64,000 bases of DNA, from the NCBI GenBank assembly GCA_019117305.1, contig DWZZ01000027.1, forward strand, positions 6,529 to 70,528, in the 5' to 3' direction. This document shows positions 59,143 to 64,000 of the stretch, in pieces. Source of the DNA: Candidatus Mediterraneibacter merdigallinarum (GTDB taxonomy: Bacteria > Bacillota > Clostridia > Lachnospirales > Lachnospiraceae). The first letter of the stretch is position 1. Each line of letters starts with the position of its first letter. The notes below the pieces were generated by a model, which saw only the letters and a program-made list of their open reading frames with translations, was not told where the DNA came from and ran no database searches. The translations under genes were made by a program, and so were the position numbers.

Positions 59143-59931
59143 TCAGCCGGATTCTGTCAGATGACTGAGGATATGGGACGCAGCTCTGACATTTGCCTCA
59201 TCAGTCTGCCAGATTTTATATTCATCAAATCCCGGCAGCCCCATGGGCACCCCTTCTCTGCGAAAGAGCATTCTGCTCTCTTTCACGGTTTTTCCTGACA
59301 TATGAAAAGATCTCACTCCGGTAAATGCCGCAAGATCCGGAATCGTCTCCGGTCCGATTCCCGCGCCGGCCAGTATCTCGATTTTCCCTTCCGCCTTTTT
59401 TATCAGCTCTGCCAGCAGAAATCTCCCCTCCCATGCGGACGCTCTCTGTCCGCTGGTCAGGATTGTATTAATCCCCAGTTTTCTGCACTGCTCCAGCGCT
59501 TCAAAAGGATCCCGGCACACGTCAAAAGCCCGGTGCATGGTTATCTTCATGCCTTGGGCCAGATGTACCATCTCATCCATCTGCTCCATATTCAGCGTTC
59601 CGTCAGGATTAAGGCTGCCGATTACAACTCCGTCAGCTCCCAGTTCCCGAAACATCTGCACTTCCTCCTTCAGCACATCCTGTTCATATCTGCTGTAACA
59701 GAAATCGCCAAATCTGGAACGCAGAAGAACACGTACCTCAAGATCTGTATATCTCCGAACCAGGCGGAAAAGAGCCGCGCCCGGCGATGTGCCTCCGATA
59801 ATCAAATCAGAGCACAATTCTATCCGGTCTGCTCCTCCTGTCTGTGCCGCAATTGCAGACTCTACACTGTCTGCGCACACTTCCAGCACACAGCGATGAT
59901 TCTCATACCTGCCTTTTTCTGTCGTCTCCAT
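59143..59931 (-). CDS. cutC: Copper homeostasis protein CutC
   Basis: LEVCADSVESA..AQTGGADRIELC, GDFCYS, TMHRAFD, ILTSGQ. Confidence 0.92.
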   Translation of the reverse strand: METTEKGRYENHRCVLEVCADSVESAIAAQTGGADRIELCSDLIIGGTSPGAALFRLVRRYTDLEVRVLLRSRFGDFCYSRYEQDVLKEEVQMFRELGADGVVIGSLNPDGTLNMEQMDEMVHLAQGMKITMHRAFDVCRDPFEALEQCRKLGINTILTSGQRASAWEGRFLLAELIKKAEGKIEILAGAGIGPETIPDLAAFTGVRSFHMSGKTVKESRMLFRREGVPMGLPGFDEYKIWQTDEANVRAASHILSHLTESG

Positions 59932-60013
59932 CCGTTCCCTTCTCCTGTTTCAGGCTTTTTATATCTTTACTGTGCCGGCCCGTTTCTTTACTTCCCTGTT
60001 CCGGACATTCTTT

Positions 60014-60745
60014 CTATTTAGGGCACTTTGACAGTGCGGCGCTGTCTGCGATTACAACAACATCACTGTGGAACTGAAGAATGGAAGCCGGCATTTCCGG
60101 CGTCACCGGGCCAAAGAACGCTTGTGCAACCGCGTCTGCTTTATCTTCTCCGCTGGCAATCAAAAGGATCTTTTTTGCCTTCATAATCGTTCCGATTCCC
60201 ATGGAAACTGCCTGTTTGGGCACATCATCCGCGGATGCAAAGAATCTCTTGTTCGCCTCAATAGTGCTCTCTGTCAGATCAACGCAGTGCGTCATCTTAT
60301 CAAAAATATCTGACGGTTCATTAAAACCGATATGTCCGTTGCGCCCGATTCCCAGAAGCTGAATATCCACACCTCCCAGTGAACGGATCAGTTTCTCATA
60401 TCTTTCGCACTCTGCGTCAATATCTTCCGCCATGCCGTCCGGCACATTTGTATTTGCCGGATCAATATTGACACGGTCAAAAAGATGGCTGTGCATAAAA
60501 TAATAATAGCTCTGGTCATTCTCATGATCCAGCCCGATATACTCATCCAGATTAACTGTTTTTACCTCAGCAAAATTCAGGTCTCCTCTGTTGTATCCTT
60601 CCACAAGCTGATCATATGTACCGATGGGCGAAGAACCGGTTGCAAGCCCCAGTACGCAGTCCGGTTTCAGAATAATCTGTGCCGCCAGGATATTGGCCGC
60701 TTTTCTGCTCATGTCCTGATAATCATTTGCCTCATAGATTCTCAT
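60014..60745 (-). CDS. nagB: Glucosamine-6-phosphate deaminase
   Basis: [33 protein letters not shown]. Confidence 0.96.
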   Translation of the reverse strand: MRIYEANDYQDMSRKAANILAAQIILKPDCVLGLATGSSPIGTYDQLVEGYNRGDLNFAEVKTVNLDEYIGLDHENDQSYYYFMHSHLFDRVNIDPANTNVPDGMAEDIDAECERYEKLIRSLGGVDIQLLGIGRNGHIGFNEPSDIFDKMTHCVDLTESTIEANKRFFASADDVPKQAVSMGIGTIMKAKKILLIASGEDKADAVAQAFFGPVTPEMPASILQFHSDVVVIADSAALSKCPK

Positions 60746-61010
60746 ATCTTTTTCCTCCTCAAATTACATATTCGTGCATTCTGCAGCCTGTCAGCATGTA
60801 CCGCTGTCCGCACAGCGCCGGCGCCGGCTTCTGCCCGTCCCCGCTTACGTTCAAAGTTCCCCGGTCCCTGTATCTGTATCTGTGTCTGATCCGCCCTGCC
60901 TGAAGACTGCATCCAACTAAATTTATACTAACAATATTATGAACAAATAGCAAGAAAAAGAAGGGCAAATCCGCCCCAACCGGAAATATCCGGCATGGGA
61001 TAATATGCTT

Positions 61011-61751
61011 TTATTCCTCATACCGGATATCCTTTAATATAAGTCCTCTGGCCGGAGCCGTTGCAGCCGCTTTTCCACGGTCTGCCGACTCCAGAATTTC
61101 TTTTATTCTTTCCGGCGGCCATGCGCCTCTCCCCACATTGATCAGAGTTCCCGCTATAATGCGCACCATATTGTAGAGGAACCCGTTCCCGCTGATCCGA
61201 AGCGTAATAATATCGCCGTCTCTTTCAATCGTAATATCATAGATCGTACGCACCGTACTTTTTACATCCGTGTGAATACTGCAGAAACTTTTAAAATCAT
61301 GTTCTCCCCGAAGATAGCCCGCCGCCTCTCTCATTGCCTCCGGATTCAGCGGATAAGACACGTGAAATGTCGTAAATCTGCGCACCGGATCCGGCATCTC
61401 ACGGTTGAGAATCCGGTACTCATAAGTCTTTACCGAATCCTGGTAACGGGGATGCCAGTTTTCCGGCACTTCCTCCGATTTTACAACTACAATGTCCTCC
61501 GGAAGGAGCCGGTTTACCGCATATGCAATCCGCTCCGGAGGGATGCCGGTTTTTGTATCAAACACTGCCACATTCCCTTCTGCATGTACCCCTGCATCTG
61601 TCCGGCTGGCGCCGATTACTTTAATCTCCTCGCCTGTCAGCTGCGACAGAGCCGCGTTTAATACTTCTTCCACAGTTATACCGTTTGGCTGCACCTGCCA
61701 TCCGCAGTAGCCTGTACCGTCATAGGCAACTGTCAGTCTGATTCTCTTCAT
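61011..61751 (-). CDS. truA: tRNA pseudouridine(38-40) synthase
   Basis: AYDGTGYCGWQVQ, SRTDAGVHA, GNGFLYNMVRII; start MKRIRL (61751). Confidence 0.96.
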   Translation of the reverse strand: MKRIRLTVAYDGTGYCGWQVQPNGITVEEVLNAALSQLTGEEIKVIGASRTDAGVHAEGNVAVFDTKTGIPPERIAYAVNRLLPEDIVVVKSEEVPENWHPRYQDSVKTYEYRILNREMPDPVRRFTTFHVSYPLNPEAMREAAGYLRGEHDFKSFCSIHTDVKSTVRTIYDITIERDGDIITLRISGNGFLYNMVRIIAGTLINVGRGAWPPERIKEILESADRGKAAATAPARGLILKDIRYEE

Positions 61752-61798
61752 AATCTTTGCTCTCCCCGTCTCCACAGATACACATCTGTACCGGCCCG

Positions 61799-62623
61799 TC
61801 AGAAAATCCACAGCTTAAATGGAACAAATCTGCCCACAACAAAAATAACTACCATATAAAGGATCGTCGCAGCATAAGCTGCCCGGTCTCTTCCATGATA
61901 TTTCAGCGGTTTCATCTTGGTCCGTCCCTCACCGCCGTGATAGCAGCGGGCCTCCATTGCCATTGCCAGATCATTTGCCCGACGGAACGCAGACACAAAC
62001 AAAGGCACCAGGATGGGAATCATGGCCCTGGCTCTCTGGATCAGATTGCCTGACTCAAAATCCGCTCCCCTGGCCATCTGGGCCTTCATAATCTTATCCG
62101 TTTCCTCCAGAAGAATCGGAATAAACCGCAGGGCGATGGACATCATCATGGCCACCTCATGGACCGGAACACGGATCTTGTTCAGCGGATGAAGCAGCTT
62201 CTCGATTCCGTCTGTCAGACCGTTCGGTGTAGTGGTAAATGTCATGATGGAAGATCCTGCAACCAGATACATCAGCCTCACTGCCATGAAAACCGATGTC
62301 CGCAGACCGCCTTCCGTAATTGTGATTATCCAGAAATGAACCAGAGTCTCCCCGCCTCTTGTAAGCAACAGATTCATGACCACTGTAAAAAGAAGCAGAA
62401 TTACAACAGGTTTCAGCCCTTTGACAATGTACTTCAGCGGCACTTTTGACAGATGTATGACTGTCCCCAGAAAGGCTGTGGCAACAACATATCCCGGAAG
62501 GCTGTTCTGTATAAATAAGGATATCAGAAAAAGCAGGGTACAGACAATCTTCACCCTGGGATCCAGTCTGTGGATCCGGCTTTCTGCCGGATAATACTGT
62601 CCGATTGTAATATCTCTAACCAT
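61799..62623 (-). CDS. ecfT: ECF transporter transmembrane component T
   Basis: IHRLDPRVK, ALRFIP, AQMARG, AMEARCY. Confidence 0.95.
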   Translation of the reverse strand: MVRDITIGQYYPAESRIHRLDPRVKIVCTLLFLISLFIQNSLPGYVVATAFLGTVIHLSKVPLKYIVKGLKPVVILLLFTVVMNLLLTRGGETLVHFWIITITEGGLRTSVFMAVRLMYLVAGSSIMTFTTTPNGLTDGIEKLLHPLNKIRVPVHEVAMMMSIALRFIPILLEETDKIMKAQMARGADFESGNLIQRARAMIPILVPLFVSAFRRANDLAMAMEARCYHGGEGRTKMKPLKYHGRDRAAYAATILYMVVIFVVGRFVPFKLWIF

Positions 62624-63464
62624 GTAAACTCCTCATTATCTCATCTGCCGCCTCCTGAATCGTAGTTGCATCCGGAGATACCGAAAAACCTCTCTCCTTC
62701 AGGTCGTGCATCACATAGGTTACCTGGGGCGCCGCAAGCCCCACTTTTTCCAGTTCTTTATAGTGGGAAAATACTTCCCGGGGCGTCCCGTCCAGCATCA
62801 TTTCTCCATGATTCATCACAATGATCCGCTCCACATACCGGGCGATATCTTCCATACTGTGTGACACAAGGATTACTGTCATTCCGGTCTCTTTGTGGAG
62901 ATGTTCCACCTGATCCAGTATCTCGTCCCGGCCCTTCGGATCCAGCCCTGCCGTAGGCTCGTCCAGCACCAGCACCTTCGGGTGCATGGCAAGGATTCCC
63001 GCTATGGCCACCCGGCGTTTCTGTCCACCGGACAGCTCAAAGGGAGACTGTTTATAATATTTTTCCGGAAATCCTACCAGATCCAGAGCCCATCGGGCAT
63101 TCCGCTCGCATTCTTCCTGGGACAGGCCCTGATTTTTCGGTCCGAAACATACATCGGTAATAACATCCACTTCAAAAAGCTGATACTCCGGATACTGAAA
63201 CACAAGCCCCACCTGCCCTCTCAGCTTTCGCATATCATAGCCCTCTTCATATATGCTGCGTCCGTCATAGTACACCGTTCCCGACGTAGCTTTAATCAGT
63301 CCGTTCAGATGCTGAATCAGGGTGGATTTTCCGGAACCGGTATGTCCGATAATTCCCACAAACTGTCCCTGGGGGATCTCAAGATTTACATCTTTCAGCG
63401 CGCGCTTCTCATAAGCCGTCCCCTGACTGTATACATAATTCACATGCTCTAACTTAATTGACAT
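62616..63464 (-). CDS. ecfA2: ECF transporter ATPase A2
   Basis: [35 protein letters not shown]. Confidence 0.94.
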   Translation of the reverse strand: MSIKLEHVNYVYSQGTAYEKRALKDVNLEIPQGQFVGIIGHTGSGKSTLIQHLNGLIKATSGTVYYDGRSIYEEGYDMRKLRGQVGLVFQYPEYQLFEVDVITDVCFGPKNQGLSQEECERNARWALDLVGFPEKYYKQSPFELSGGQKRRVAIAGILAMHPKVLVLDEPTAGLDPKGRDEILDQVEHLHKETGMTVILVSHSMEDIARYVERIIVMNHGEMMLDGTPREVFSHYKELEKVGLAAPQVTYVMHDLKERGFSVSPDATTIQEAADEIMRSLHG

Positions 63465-64000
63465 AATGCTTCCACCAATTCTTCCCTTCTCAGGATGCCC
63501 CGGGGCAGGTCAAGCCCCCGGTTTCTCAGTTCCTCTGCCAGCATGGTAACCTGGGGCACATCCATCCGGTACCGCTTCAGCTCGTCCACCCGACTGAAGA
63601 TTTCCCGGGGTGTACCGTGCATAACAATATGCCCGTCGTCCATGACAAACACCTGATCCGCGTCAGTCACTTCTTCCATATAATGGGTAATCAGAATAAC
63701 TGTAACATTTTTTTTCTTCTGCAGCTTTTCTACCGCATCAATAACCTCCCGCCGTCCATTTGGATCCAGCATTGCAGTAGGTTCATCCAGGACAATGCAC
63801 TTTGGTTCCATGGCAATGACTCCGGCTATGGCAACCCTCTGCTTCTGTCCGCCGGACAGTTTGTTCGGAGAATGAGTACGGTACTCCAGCATTCCTACCG
63901 CACGCAGACTGTCCTCCACCCGCTTCCAGATCTCGTCTGCAGGCACGCCCAGATTTTCCGGGCCGAATCCCACATCTTCTTCTACTACAGTTCCGATAAT
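63449..64000 (-). CDS. ecfA1: ECF transporter ATPase A1 (5' end outside window)
   Basis: [31 protein letters not shown]. Confidence 0.92.
   Translation of the reverse strand: MIGTVVEEDVGFGPENLGVPADEIWKRVEDSLRAVGMLEYRTHSPNKLSGGQKQRVAIAGVIAMEPKCIVLDEPTAMLDPNGRREVIDAVEKLQKKKNVTVILITHYMEEVTDADQVFVMDDGHIVMHGTPREIFSRVDELKRYRMDVPQVTMLAEELRNRGLDLPRGILRREELVEALCQLS

Noticed and set aside
1-64000. Integrase, transposase, prophage, rRNA or tRNA genes
   Set aside because: No such ORFs or RNA gene signatures recognised in the window

Overview
A 64-kb chromosomal segment from a Firmicute, most likely a Lachnospiraceae-type gut clostridium (inferred from gene content, a T-box, a sortase substrate and a Csp-like protease). 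Nearly all genes lie on the minus strand. Positions 1-38 kb form an accessory surface-biology island. An EPS/capsule locus (EpsG/Wzy-like polymerase, priming-GT/GT4 fusion, PglF/CapD, LCP, four Wzz-BY-kinase fusions, CpsB phosphatase, two Ig-like membrane proteins) is interleaved with an apparently uncharacterised RiPP-like system. That system has three small precursor-like proteins sharing a (W/Y)xxP...FE.....AAC leader and a C-terminal Ser, three SPASM radical SAM enzymes, two PqqD/RRE proteins, two HPr-kinase-like kinases, a nucleotidyltransferase, an S24/S26 peptidase and an ABC exporter. The island also carries a MalT/LuxR regulator, a secreted SGNH esterase and a 1880-aa GH33 sialidase. 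Three promoters share a CTCATAC-N4-GTATGAG-like box exactly 21 nt from the -10. Positions 38-64 kb hold a MATE pump, a non-coding 53-bp-period array of alternating inverted heptamers, a large sortase-anchored dual phosphoesterase, a NUDIX-flavodoxin fusion, an ABC pair, a deletion-riddled TetR/flavodoxin/ADH operon, and housekeeping genes (S8 protease, rubrerythrin, GT2, PPi-PFK, tyrS with Tyr T-box, cutC, nagB, truA, ecfT/A2/A1). All assignments come from reading motifs by eye; no database searches were run.
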